Shown: piece after piece, positions 26,511-40,505 of the stretch
How the letters are laid out: each line of letters starts with the position of its first letter
How positions within the stretch are numbered: position 1 is the stretch's first letter
Source: Chrysomallon squamiferum
Lineage: Eukaryota; Animalia; Mollusca
DNA length: 64,000 nucleotides
Direction: 5' to 3'
NCBI GenBank assembly: GCA_012295275.1
Contig: CM022673.1
Span: forward strand, 25,048,001-25,112,000
Made by a program: the position numbers and the translations under genes
The notes under the pieces: model-generated
What the model saw: the letters and a program-made list of their open reading frames with translations, nothing else
The model's database searches: none
Told to the model about the DNA's origin: nothing

Positions 26511-29014
26511 TATTTATTTATTTAAAAATGAAGAAAAAAAATGTAGAACAATATGAGTAAAATCCAAGACTGCTGAAATAGGCTGTCGTTCGTTTAAAAA
26601 AAAAGTATTTCTCCAAAGTGTCACAAGTTAAACTGTTCAGGAAGATGTGCGTGTCTCTCATTCTGCAAGAAACACTTGGTCACAGAATCAATAATCAATC
26701 ATCTAATTAACACTGAATTTTAAATATCCTCACACGCGTGTAATTGCAATTTTTACAAATTCAGTTTGTAGCCATTATCTGTGTGTCTGTGTTTAATGAT
26801 AAACACATGTTTGTTCTCCAGCCTGATCTATATCTCTAAAAATAACTACCCTTCCATGTAAACAAAATATTGATATATAGCTGTACCACCAACCAATCAA
26901 TGTACTATTTTCACCTTTCCAGCAAACCTATGGTTTATTTTCCTCACTTTGTTTATATCCACAACAATACTTCTGAACTCAACAAGCCACCAAAATCAGA
27001 CGAGCAGAAAACAATGAGTTTTTTTTCTTTTAAACTGATTCGCGTGAGATTATTTGAAACATTTGTTGCTTGAGGAACTGTACTAGAAAAATAAAGTGAA
27101 CCTGTGAATATGATAGTTGTAAACCTCTTGTATAAGATTGCCACACTCAAAACAAATATATCACATTCCTGACACACAATATGATCTGCAGGAGCATGCC
27201 AAGAAATCTATTTCCACTGTTTCGATCGATCTAAAAAAGAAAAGCTCTCCTTGTGTATGTTACGGTGTTTCTATTTTGGTGGATCGGCTCATTTCTAAAA
27301 TGATTGGTCACTAAATAATGTGATTCTGACTTCTATATTTCATTTTTTTAATAAAAGCATAAATGTAACATATCATTGTTTTTTTTCCTCCCTGAAATCT
27401 AATATTCATGTTGTTGTTTTTTCACATTATTTCTTCAGTGAATTTTAGCTATATTAATTTTTTTATTTTACTTCTGATTTAAGTAACATGCACCAAGCAC
27501 TAAAGTCTGTTGTCATAATTCTGATGCATGAAAAGCTTAAAATGTTCAAATCCAGTAACAAAAAAATAAATTTATAAAAAAATTAATATTTTTTTTTTAG
27601 CCTGCACCATCTGAATCCAAATCACATAATTAATGAAACATCAGAATTTCCTGAAGATACGAGAATACTGCAAACCTTCATAAAATGATTGATTTACAGA
27701 GCACAGATCTGGGTAGCATAAACAATTTGTACATATACCTAGACAGAAAATACACTGTATTGTTTGTTATCTGTTGTAATCAGGAAAAACTATAAAAACC
27801 AAGCTTTCTGCTTCTATGAGGTTGAAAGGGTTTACTGTAGTAATTCAAGCCATGTTATTCAGAGTTAGTTTAGGTGAAGATTTCAAAGGCCATGTACATA
27901 TATTAATTGGTAACTTTAGAACAGTCCATGTTAATCAGACAGAGAGGGTATGTCAAACATCAGTACAGTTCCTCATTAAATATTCATTTATTTTTATTAC
28001 TGTTTTGTTTTTCCAGCAAACGTAAATAGGTATGTTTACGTTTAAGTTGTTTGTTTGTTTGTTTGTTTGTTTTGTTGTTTTAATTTTTAATCCTTCATGT
28101 TCTTTTTAATTATATGTTTAACAGTTTACTGGATTTGTTTTCACAAATGTTTCAGTTCAAAGTAAAAATTCAAATCTGGACTGGAATCATATGTGCAATT
28201 TGCAAAGATTATTAAAACTCAGAACATGTGAAGAAATTTTTATGTTTGTTGACTAAGGTTTCTAACAAATATATTCTTTAATGTTTGGAAACAAAATAAG
28301 ATCAGTTATATTGCTGTGTAAAAGAGTAGTGTGTGTACAGATAAATAACAGATTATTAGGTAAGGACTGATTTGTTTGTATTAATATGTAACATGGATCA
28401 AAAGATATGAGTTCCAGACTCTGGTTATAAGATTTCTGTAGCTATAGCTTTATATATAGCTTTATATAATGATAATTTGCATAAATATTTTGAACATTTA
28501 AAATTTTTTAGTAAATAAAAAAATTCAATTTCTTAATAATGTATTATATATCAGAAGCTGTTTTACGTCTTTTTCTGTAAATATAATTTTAAATGGAAAA
28601 AATAAGTAGATGGTTACATAAAGAATCTGATCTCAAGTTTACTGAACTGGAATAAGTTATAGTTAATTTTTATTTGTTCTTTTAGGAATTTTTTTTTTTT
28701 TTTTAAAATGTGTTAAAAAAAAAACAACAACAACATAAACACCATGAAAGAACGCCTACAATTTTGAGAAGAAACCAGAGAAGAAAAACTGCTCTGCGTA
28801 AGATAAACATCACAGGTTCTATTTTGAGAAGATTAAAGTTTCAAACTGAAGATTTATTAGCTCTGTGGTTCAAGCCTCATTTATTATTGAAAGGTAAGCA
28901 AGAAATACTGCAGTACTGTGAACTCTGATAAACCAAAGAAATAAACTGTATCTTTAAAACAAATTGTTCTCAGTGTTACATCATTTGTGGCTTTTTTTAT
29001 TTTATTTTTTTTAA

Positions 29015-29053
<39 letters not shown>

Positions 29054-29969
29054 TAAAATGAATGAATGAACAGTTTAATGTAACTGTTTTATAAGAAAAA
29101 AAAAACAATTTATTTTACAATGCATTCAAGATATCTTACAGTGTTTACCAAAGTAAAGAACACAATTCAAGCTATGTTAAACATATTATTATACATAAAG
29201 ATTTGAAATATATAAAATTTCTTTCCTTAAAAAAAGAAAAGAAGAAAAATGTGTATGATTTCTTGAATCCTGTCTCTGCCAAACAAAAAAATCTATATTG
29301 GTTTAGAAATATATAACAATCTAGGTAAAGAGAAAATGCAAAATGTCAAAGGTTTGTAACCTCTGTTATTTGGAAACAAAACATAATAAAGATAGGAAAA
29401 ATTTCCAGAAACATTCTTTGATATACAGTGCCGTTAAAACAACATTTAATTGTGTCTTGATTTTTTTTGATACAGTTATCTTAATTAAGATGTGTTTATG
29501 CAGAACATAACAACATGGAATGAAGCCAAAAATCTCCCACACCTACACACAATGAATATGTTATTTTTATATAGCCTTTAACTAACAGACCATGTCACAC
29601 TGAGATTACTTCAGATTGTTTGTTACAGAAATAAACAACAACAACATGTTCGAGACCAGTTTTCTCAGCAGTATGAACCCACTGACAAGAAAACTAAACT
29701 TAAATAACAAAAATTACAAAAATAAGCAGAAAAACAAATGTCAATAAATCTTAGAGGCAGCAAGTCAGACCTTGAAAACTGATCTTTATCTCCAGCAGGT
29801 CTTGTAAGTTTTGAAATTTATGTATGGATATGAAAATTCTTTTTACATGCCCACATCCAGAAACAGGTTCAAGCATGCCTATCTTGGGGTTTGTATCTGA
29901 CAATGCAAGACATGGGTTCTGGGACAGGCAATTTTATGAAAGCCTGATGAATCATAGACTCATTCTAAT

Positions 29970-30070
29970 ATGACCATTGGTCTATTTCCCATTCCAACCT
30001 GGATGACATGACTGTTTTATAATTATGTGCTCTCTTGTCTGTGAGATGGTGACAAAGTTACCATTACTTT
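29970..30070 (+). mobile_element. Decayed SINE fragment
   Basis: ccattggtctatttcccattccaacc...tatgtgctctcttgtctgtgagatggtg matches the reverse complement of 56470-56545 (ggttggaacgagaaatagctgaatgg; agcacata). Confidence 0.6.
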
Positions 30071-30869
30071 TTAAAAAAAAACATGCTTGATAAACAATGC
30101 TAAATTATTTATTCACAGAGTTCAGTGTGAAAAGCAAATATGTGAAGTAATTATATATTTCAATATTTTAATGTAAAACAAATTATTTTAAAAAGATATT
30201 AATAAAAAACAAATTAAAAATAAATTAAAATAAATAATTAATAAATATAAAATAAAATATTATAATGTGAATTTTTTTTTTTTATTAGTACATTACATAT
30301 GAAAATTAATTGTTTAAAATCTCCTTATATTGTTTCATTTCTCAAAAAGAACATTTAAAAACCCTACCAAAAAAAAAAAAAATCTGGTAATAAAAAAAAA
30401 TTATGTGATACTTGTGACAACCTTGGGTTCTGTAATTCAAACATGCCAAAAGTTCAGCTGCCAAAAGCCACAGTAATATTAACATCTGCTATCAAATTGG
30501 GTCAGAAATAAATCTGGCAAAAACAATCCTTGACATTGCAGAAACCAAAATAAATACTAAAACCAGGGTTCTTATATTAAATTTTTTTTTTAAATAATAA
30601 TATTAAAAAAAAGAGCAAGGACAGGAAAGAAACCCTTGCACAGGTCAGTAAACAAGAACAGCATGGTTAAAACAAGATCAGAAAGATGTTTTCAGCTCTT
30701 CTTGCCAACAGTTAAGAGGTTTGTTGACATATTAAGAATAAATCTATCGCCAACCTGAAGATATCGGTTCCTTTTATTTGTGTTAACTAGGTTGTTTTTT
30801 TTTAGGTAAGCTAGTCTGAGGAATTCAGACAGATTGTCTGTGAAATTCAGAAAATTCTGTTTGCAGGAA

Positions 30870-31060
30870 TAGGCTGTTATAGTCTTGTGGTTAGAGTGGT
30901 GATTTGATTGTGTACAGTGGATAGCTAGATCGATCTTTTTGTGCATTCTTTGTTTTTCTTCATGTTGCAACCAGCATATGGCATAAATGATTTGTGAATG
31001 ATCATGGAATATTATTCCTGTTTGTGAGAAGGTCCAAGTATGAGATTCCTTCCTGCTAAA
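30870..31060 (+). mobile_element. Decayed SINE copy including a tRNA-like head
   Basis: tagtcttgtggttagag (A-box-like) ...gatcgatc... cctgtttgtgagaaggt...gattccttcctgctaa is colinear with the other copies. Confidence 0.5.
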
Positions 31061-32357
31061 CATCAAACCAATCTGTTTATGTATCACTATAAAACAAAGA
31101 AAGAAAACCACAACACACACACACAAACAGACACACAGAAACACACAGAGAACTCTCTTAGGTAAGCTAGTCTGAGGAATTATATATATATATATATCTC
31201 GTAACTGTTGATATTAAAATACATGAAAAATATATCCATTCATTCATTCATTTTATCACATTTAGTCATGTTCATATTTCTTGAAAAGCTAAATATGTGC
31301 AATCAATAATTCTTTTTATATTCTTTTTTGCTGTATTTTCTTTAACAGAATGTGAAATAATAATAAAAAAGATAATAAATACAACAATAAGAGAAATGGT
31401 TCTTACATATGTGTTTGTGCCTATTTAGGGAGCAGTTATTAAGAATGAAAAAAGTGAAAAAATAATCGATGGTCATTAATCATGATACAGTAACAAGTAT
31501 TGTTAAGTCATTTCAAGAAAAAACACTTAGTATATTTCAGTGTAAAATGATACTGCAGTAACAAAAATGTGTTGTAATACTATCATCTATTAAAAACAAA
31601 ATACAGTCTATGCTTTTTGATCAATATTCTGCAGAAATAAATTTTTCTAATTAAGAAAAAGGTTTGATTTCTCTATTTCATGCAGTTCAAAGTTTTATTA
31701 TTATTAATTACTGTCTTTGAAGTGTATAAAACAAAACAACAACAACAACAACAACATCAAAAACAATAACAATGTAAAAGAACCCTTTAATAATAATGTT
31801 TGTTCTTTATTATATTTTTTTTTATTCAGAACCATGCATTTTCTAAAGCACTGGAAACTAAATTTGAAATGTAGTATAGCTGATCACAATATTCACCATT
31901 TAATATGGACTGTCATTCATATTCTGTGAACTTAGAAATATGAAAGCACTTGTATTTACAAGTTTACCTGGACAATATTTCATCTAAGCTAGTAAGAGTT
32001 AGTTCCCATTAAATGGAACCATTAAACTAAAGACATTAAACTTCTACTATTTTCAGTTTCTTTACAATGTAGTCTTATTCATTTATTATTTATTATAAAT
32101 TAAACTGAATTTATAAAAAGTATTTTTTTTTAATTATTGTTTTTAATTTAGTTACTGACACAACTATTATATCACATAATTGCTTTTTTTTAAAGTTTTC
32201 TTTAAGTCTGAATGTTTTCAAAGTAAAAATACTTATTAATAGTTAATAATACATGTTTATTTCACAACGTAAAAAAATATATAGCACAAATGACAAAACT
32301 TTATATTATCAAGACTATGAAGTTGATGAAATTACAAATCCAGATATACCAGAAGAT

Positions 32358-32437
32358 TATGAGGTCAAAAACTGTTACAGAAGGTATGAGGTCAAAAACT
32401 GTTACTGAAGATATGAGTTCAAAAACTGTTACTGAAG
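32358..32437. repeat. 27-bp tandem repeat, 3 copies
   Basis: tatgag(g/t)tcaaaaactgttac(a/t)gaag occurs three times. Confidence 0.93.
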
Positions 32438-32964
32438 AAAGACTGGGTCACTGTTATGACAGGTAAGACACACAATATTCTTCTGCAACATGTAACCATG
32501 TGACAAGCAAGTAGTATTCAGTAAACTGAATTAATCCACAAAAGATTAGTATATTTCTATACATTTACAGATTGTATCAATATTTAAAATGTCTTTTTTT
32601 TCTTTTCTTAATGATGAAACTGATTAGTTGCAGAACTAATAATTTGTAGAGCATCTGTTACACATTTTTTCCCATTCAAGACAGCAGTTCAGTGTGTTTT
32701 TAAATTATGTTTTAAATAGAAAGGTGTGATTGAAAAAAAAACCAATATAAAAAATTAAAAATTAAAATGTTGATAGCCTGATGTGTTGTGGCTATGGGTT
32801 TGATCCTCAAAATGCATTAAAAGACAAAATATGAATGTTTTAGAACTGTTAATAATAAAATATGATGAGGTTTGCTCAAAACAATTAATAAAAAAATGTG
32901 TTATTTTATTCAGTGTTCATTTTGTTAAGACAAAATTACAATAACATACCCACACACACAACAC

Positions 32965-32968
<4 letters not shown>

Positions 32969-33027
<59 letters not shown>

Positions 33028-33047
33028 GAGAGACAGAGAGAGAGAGA
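32969..33047. repeat. (AG)n microsatellite
   Basis: Directly visible. Confidence 0.96.
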
Positions 33048-33499
33048 AATTCAAACTTACCTGATGTCATTATCATTCAAATCTATTACATTATGTCTAA
33101 AACACCAGTATTATATATATATATATATATATATAGTAGCACAAGTAATAACCATAACCAGTTTAAAAAATATTCTATAATGGATGTTTTAATAACTTTG
33201 AAAATTTAATTTTGTTCTTTAATTAAATGGGCTTTTAATTTGCATTTTGACTCCATTCAGTCACACAACAATCTACTGATTTCTGAGTCTGATGTATCAG
33301 TGAACACAGTGTGTGATAATTTAATTAGTAAAATATGCTGGTCTAGGAATTTACAGTTCTTTCTAAATTGCTTTTGGCTGCACATGCAGCAGTAAAATCA
33401 AGTCTGTGTGAATTACAAACAATACTTCATGCTGAGTTATCTTCCTAAGAGTCCTGACAAGATTATTTTCCATCCAAGCAAGAGCTCCATGTTTTAATG

Positions 33500-33605
33500 A
33501 TTAAAAGCTGCAGTATGTGGTTTAATATCTATGGGAAGGTACGAAGAAATGACACCTTGCTGCTAACTAAAAACAAAACAACCTCTGCATGTTTGCTCTC
33601 TCTCA
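33500..33605 (+). mobile_element. Decayed SINE core fragment
   Basis: aaagctgcagtatgtg...tctatgggaaggt...ccttgctgctaact matches the family core. Confidence 0.55.
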
Positions 33606-34460
33606 TACCATCACCATACAACAAAAGCTGTATCTGGCTCTAATAAGAATTAATATTAAAATATTTTGAGGTGTCTAGTTTTGGCAGAAAAATGTATTAT
33701 AAGAGAAACAGGATTTAAATTCATTACTTAAATATGAAACTCAAAGTAAAAAGGAAATAGGAAAATGAAATGTGAATTTAAAAAATATCTGAAAATGTCA
33801 GATAAGCAAATGATTTTGACAATCATTAAAAAAAAAAAAAATAATAATAATAATTGTAATAATAATAATAATAATAAAAAAAATAATTATAATAAAAGAA
33901 GAAGAAATAAGAAAGTAAAATGAAAAATACACTTGGAAAAAAGAAGAAGAAAACAGATAAAATAATCAACAGCTTGACAAAGTGACACTCAAATTAAACA
34001 AAAAATGCCTCTAGGAATTTCATCTCATCCGTTATAGACATCCGATTGCAGGATTTGTTAATATAACCTGATAATCAACTTAGATTTTTCTTTTTTAAAT
34101 ACTCTTTGAAAAAGAAACTGATGGTGTCTCCAGGGCTTGTCAAATTTAAATCAAACAGTTACTCATATAAATAACATTTTTTGAAAAACAAAGGGCAGAG
34201 AACAATAAGAAATTCGTAGAATAATAAAATATATAATTCTACATTTTATTAATTTTCTACTAAAATTATTATTTTCTTATTAAAGAAATTTAAATAATTC
34301 ACAGACAGACAGATATATAGATAAATAAACAGGCACAGAGTCAATGAAAAAGAAAAAAAATGATAAAAACTAAAAGGAATTATACCAGTTTGAACTGTCC
34401 CTATTTTATCAATTAATATATATCTGTACATCTGACATACTAATTGTTACAGTTTGTTAA

Positions 34461-35594
34461 GTGCTATATCCTCTGCCACTGTCCAACAGTGCTATATTCT
34501 CTGCCACTGTCCAACAGTGCTATATTCTCTGCCACTGTCCAACAATGCTATATTCTGTATCACTATCCAACAATGCTATATTCTGTATCACTATCCAACA
34601 ATGCTATACTCTGTATCACTATCCAACAACACTATATTCTGTATTACTATCCAACAATGCTATATTCTCTATCACTGTCCAACAATGCTATATTCTCTGC
34701 CACTGTCCAACAATGCTATATTCTGTATCACTATCCAACAACGCTATATTCTATACCACTATCCAACAATGCTATATTCTATACCATTATCCAACAATGC
34801 TATATTCTGTATCACTATCCAACAATGCTATACTCTGTATCATCATCCAACAACACTATATTCTGTATTACTATCCAACAATGCTATATTCTGTATCACT
34901 ATCCAACAATGCTATATTCTCTATCACTATCTGACAACGCTATATTCTCTATCACTATCCAACAACGCTATATTCTCTATCACTATCCAACAATGCTATA
35001 TTCTCTGTATCACTATCCAACAACACTATATTCTGTATTACTATCCAACAATGCTATATTCTCTATCACTATCTGACAACACTATATCTGACTGTCCAAC
35101 AACTATATTCTCTATCATTCTATCTGATCCAACAATGCTATATTCTATACCATTATCCAACAATGCTATATCTGACAATCCAACAATGCTATATTCTATA
35201 TTCTCTATATTCTATCTATCCAGCAATGCTATGCTATATTCTCTATCACTATCTGACAACGCTATATTCTCTATCACTATCTGACAACGCTATATTCTAT
35301 ACCATATCCAACAATGCTATATTCTCTATCACTATCCAACAACACTATATTCTCTATCACTATTCAACAATGCTATATTCTATACCACTATCCAACAATG
35401 CTATATTCTGTATCACTGACAACGCTATATTCTGTATCACTATCCAACAATGCTATATTCTGTATCACTATCCAACAATGCTATATTCTATACCACTATC
35501 CCACAATGCTATATTCTCTATCACTATTTAACAATAGTATATTCTCTATCATTATTCAACAATGGTATATTCTCTACCACTATCCAACAGTGCT
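34461..35594. repeat. Minisatellite, 28-bp unit (consensus near ccaacaatgctatattctgtatcactat), about 40 copies
   Basis: Head-to-tail units with no spacers. The 28-aa periodicity of the overlapping ORFs equals 3 x 28 nt. Confidence 0.97.
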
Positions 35595-36396
35595 GTTTTC
35601 TTTTTCTATCCAACTAGGTTGTATTTTAACCATTTTAACCATTTTCAACCACTGTCTGTGTTTCATTATCTGGCATCAACTGTTTTACTTTATCAAGTGG
35701 TTTATTTCATTTTGTCTGTGAACAAGGTGGTTTAATGGATGACACATTTTCTACAAATTACAGACAGAGCCTTAGATTCTGACTGTACATTTGGCGTCTG
35801 CTTTGTCTCTGTTCACTACATCTTTGTTTTACAAAAAAAAAAAACTGTGTCATGTTATCTGTGTCTTTCTTCCAAACACTGGTCTGTGTGTGTCAGAGTT
35901 CGTGTTAATTCTGGTTTCCCATTCATATATAGAACTTAAAGTGTTTTATTTTCAAGCGTTCACATTTAAATTATAGTGTGCTTGTGCTAAATTTGGTATA
36001 GTGTGACACTGGTGAACCTTGAGGCTTGTTGTTGCCTGTGTTGTAAAAGTTTTCGGTTAATGTCAGTAAATGTTGATCCATCTCAGATTACAGGAGATGA
36101 CAAGGACTAAAATATTCTTCTAATGTTTGTTATTACATGTTAGCACATCTTCGTATTTTTCACAACAAAGTGATTTTTTTTTAGCATAATGATTAGTCGT
36201 CAGTAAGGAATATATTTTCAGGAGTAGCAAGTGTCCCTTTTTTCAGATTACTGGTTGTTGTATTGTACTGAATCTAATCTAAAACGAAATCAGCTGTAAC
36301 ATATATTTAAAAATATCCATTTGTCTTTTTTATTTTATTTAAATAATCCTTAAACTTCTTGTAAAAAAATAATAAAATAATATTTATATGTATGCA

Positions 36397-36400
<4 letters not shown>

Positions 36401-36454
<54 letters not shown>

Positions 36455-36463
36455 AATACACAG

Positions 36464-36491
<28 letters not shown>
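36401..36491. repeat. Compound (TC)n(TA)n(CA)n microsatellite
   Basis: Directly visible. Confidence 0.96.
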
Positions 36492-36494
<3 letters not shown>

Positions 36495-39123
36495 TTCAAT
36501 AAATAAATAAATAATAGAATTGTAAAAAAAAATATGAAATAATCTTTAAAAAAACTTGTTTAAAATGAAATCACACAACTGAAAAACAAACACGAGAGAT
36601 ACAACAGTCTTTGAAAGACAGAGCGGAGAATTCAAACACTAAGTCTTCTGTAATTTCCTGTTCTGCGTGCAAAGCGCCTGCTCACTGGGTCACTCACTGT
36701 GAGTATAATGCATACACCAAAATAAATTGAAAAAAGTATACTCTTTTCTTTTTTTCTTTTATCTGTCTTTTGATCAATATTAGACTCCTTTCTTGCTTAA
36801 ATTTACTTCTTGGTTGTTTTTTTTTTTTTTTCTGTCTTCTTCTTCAGAAGAGACACTGTCGCCTAGATGTCTTCTTCAAATTCATTTGGCTGTATTGACT
36901 TGCAAGAATCCAGTCCAAAACTGTCTCTGATTAAGATGAAATAGGATATTTATTACATTTTTTTTTGTTTTTTTATAGTTTTATATATCTTTTTCTTTTT
37001 CAATTGTGTTGCTAGAATATGCGGACATGAAACGTGGTGTGGCAAGGACACGAAATTTATCACATCTGATTGATTAACAATTCATTCTAATACAGGACAT
37101 CATGTTTGTCAGTCATAACATGAATAGTATTAGTTTGTGATAGTATTGTTCAAGAAAAATCCAGCTGAACAGTTACAACAGAAAATGGTGACATTAATAA
37201 TACTATTAGTAAATGTGGGTTTTTTAAATAATATTAGTTGTGAACATATCAAGATGTTCAAGAAAAATCCAAATGAACTGTTACAATAATACTGTTAATA
37301 ACTGTGTTGTTGTTTTGTGGGTTTTGGGGGGAGGTGTTTTTTTTTTGTTTTTTTTAATAATATTAATTGTGATTGTATCAATATATTAAAGAAAATACAA
37401 CTAACTGTTAAAACAGAATCTGTTAAACACTGATATGAGTTGAGATAGTATGTAGATGTTCGAGACGTTCAAACTGTTGAAACAGAAAATGCTACACATT
37501 AATAATAAAGTAACTTATTTTTGTCAAAGGTAAGGACTTTGATGTTGGTTTATATGAACCTAAGTAGCAGATCAGACAGTACTTTTAGTTAGTGACTGAC
37601 TGACAACACACACACAAATCAGAAAGAGCAGACACCACACAAATCAGTAAGCTTATTTTCTGGATACCTTTGCACAAAATCTGTTAGACATTTTTATAAT
37701 CACCTTTGTTTTCTTACCTCTTTGATTAACAAAAAAAAAAAAAAAAAACCCAAAACATCTGAATCATCTGAAATATTACTTGCTGATAAAAGGTTCCTTG
37801 CTGACAATTACTTTTAAAAATGTCAAAGGCAGGTCCAGACATCTTTCAAAAGATGAGAGGGGTGTCCTGAATATCAGTTTCAAGATAAAATGAGTTTGAT
37901 TATAAAGTTGGATAACAGGGCATACATGTTATCAAGATTCACCTCCTAAAGACCTGCATGTTGTTGTCAGATGTTTTTAAACATGTTTGTCAGTGTTTTT
38001 CGGTTGTGTCTCTGAACACAGTACTAATTATCAAGCTGCAGCTTGCTTCTCAGGGCTAAACAGGAATAAACAAAGCAAAGGAACAACAGAACCAAATCAC
38101 ATGTCAGAGCAGCTCAGTTCCACTTCCAAAGATTAGTTTGTCAGGTGTCAACTACAAAACAATTTCACGCTTGACGAAGTATGGGAATTTCTTGCAATTA
38201 TTGTTAAACTTTAATGTCTTTTTAAAATTTTCTGTTATTCCTTTATTTATTTTTTAAATATTAAATAAATAAATATATTAATAAATAAAAATAACAAACA
38301 ATAAAACCTCTGCAATTAACACAGTGGCTGCAGAAAAAAACCCAAAGACAAACAAAATGACTTGGAAAAGTAACAAATATATATTCCCATGCAATTTTTA
38401 TCCTAAATGTGAACTGAAAAGAGAGAAAGAAATGTTTCAAAGTGAATAAAAAGTCACAGATAAAGGTTCAGAATTAATTTCTTGTCTTGGATTGAAAAGA
38501 AAAGCTTTCTACAAATATTACATTTCAGTTAGTGAAAGATGACCTTTGACAGGCTTTGATAAACCAATCAGTGAGTACTGGAGAAAACAGATCTTGCTAC
38601 ATATGAATCATTAATCCACTTCTCTAACTACTGAACAAAAGCAACTGACTCAGGTTTCACACAGCAAATTGTCCAAATTAACTAAAACTGGCTGTTGTAG
38701 TCATTATTATTAACCTAAGTGTGAAATTCATTACTGCAGAAATACTAATGTCTTTTTTTTTTTTTTTTTACTGCCTGCTGATCTAGCTAAGTGTTTATTG
38801 TACTAGTAACAACATAACCATTCTGAAAGCCAAACATTCTAACTGCCACAACAGTTCTGAGGTTCTCAGATTAATGTTTACAAATCTGTTAATAAATTTG
38901 TAACTAATTATATGTTGTGAAAACAGTAACAATTTGAAATCACAAAAACAGATAATAAATGCTTTCTAGAAAAATGGTCTAAAGACAAAACAACAACCAC
39001 TACTACCACCATCACAACAATTATTATCATTATTATTATTATAAAAACTGATCACAAACTGAAATTCCATTTGTACTGGCTTTTTCAAATTATATATATA
39101 TATATATATTTAATTAAGTTTGA

Positions 39124-39173
<50 letters not shown>

Positions 39174-40004
39174 TCAAACTTAACTAAACTCAACTTTTGT
39201 TGTAGTTTTTATTCAGTGTTTGATGGATTCACTGGATGTTTTACACATATTACATTGTCTGTTCAGTCCATTATGGAAACACCAAACGGTGCCATGTGCA
39301 CAAGGTCAAATGACTTGAATGAAAATCTTTAATTTACACTTTGGCATCCTGAATGTTTGGGTGTCCAGATTTTATTTTATCTTCACTCTATTGATCAGGA
39401 AGTCATTACCAAACCCATCAATTTCAGATGAGATCTCAAAACAATCGCATAAAGCTGATTCCCATGTATAGAGACTGTAGTGATGTCAAGTTTTTAAAAT
39501 AAAATAAAAAATAAAAATAAAAATAAAATAAATAAAATGCATAACAATATTGCTTTATGAGTTTACAATTATTATTTTATTTTTTTTTCATAAAACAATA
39601 AGAGAAATGGAAATCAAGTAAAAAGCAAATAAAAGATTAGTATAAAATGTGAATTGAATTTTTTAAAACATTTTAAAATCATTCTTATATTTATTATTAT
39701 TGTTGTTGTTATTTTTATTATTGTTACAGTTGCTGTTGTTATTATTATTATTGTTGTAGTTGTTGTTCTTGTTATTTTTATTATTGTACTATTGTTATTA
39801 TTATTATTATTGTTAATGTTGTTGTTGTTGTTGTTTTAAATTATTATTTAAAGAAAACAAAATTAAAAAAAAGAAAAAAGACATACTGAGACTATATTCT
39901 GATCATGTATAAAACCAGACTACTTGAACCAGAACCTGTTTAACTCCCAAGTCAAGCTCTACATGTTTTATGATGATGCATAATGTCCTAGATTTAAACA
40001 TGTG

Positions 40005-40041
<37 letters not shown>

Positions 40042-40316
40042 CATATTAAATCAGTGTTGTATACCAGTATCCTGGTAAAAAAAAAAAAAAAAAAGATCTG
40101 AGTCATCATAAATCAAATAATCAATACTTCTGAAGTAATAAACACATTCTGCCAGCGAATATACATGTGTAAATCCAAACATACTGAAATCAAGATTCAG
40201 ATTGTTGTATTTTTATGATGTTGAATTGGCTATTTACATGTCATAATGACATGAGTTTTATAACAAAGACAAACAACAACAACTGGTTGAATAAAAATAT
40301 GGTTAATAAAACAGTG

Positions 40317-40319
<3 letters not shown>

Positions 40320-40368
<49 letters not shown>

Positions 40369-40505
40369 CACATGCACACACATATAAAGAAATATACACA
40401 CACACACACACACATTCTAACACACACACTCACACACACACATATATACACACATAAATATAGATATATATCTACATACACTCACACATACATAAATACA
40501 TACAT
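40320..40505. repeat. Imperfect (CA)n/(TA) microsatellite
   Basis: Directly visible. Confidence 0.93.

Noticed and set aside
30692-31144. 150-aa minus-strand ORF
   Set aside because: It begins in a CA/TG microsatellite and runs through a decayed SINE, with no protein-like features.
34461-35594. CRISPR-like array or long repetitive protein (ORFs of 122-276 aa)
   Set aside because: Units abut with no unique spacers, there are no cas genes, and the context is eukaryotic. ORFs arise in all three plus frames simply because the 28-bp unit lacks stops.
36848-36945. Plus-strand exon after a strong polypyrimidine tract and cag
   Set aside because: All frames stop within about 30 codons, no donor follows, and no other plus-strand exons support a gene.
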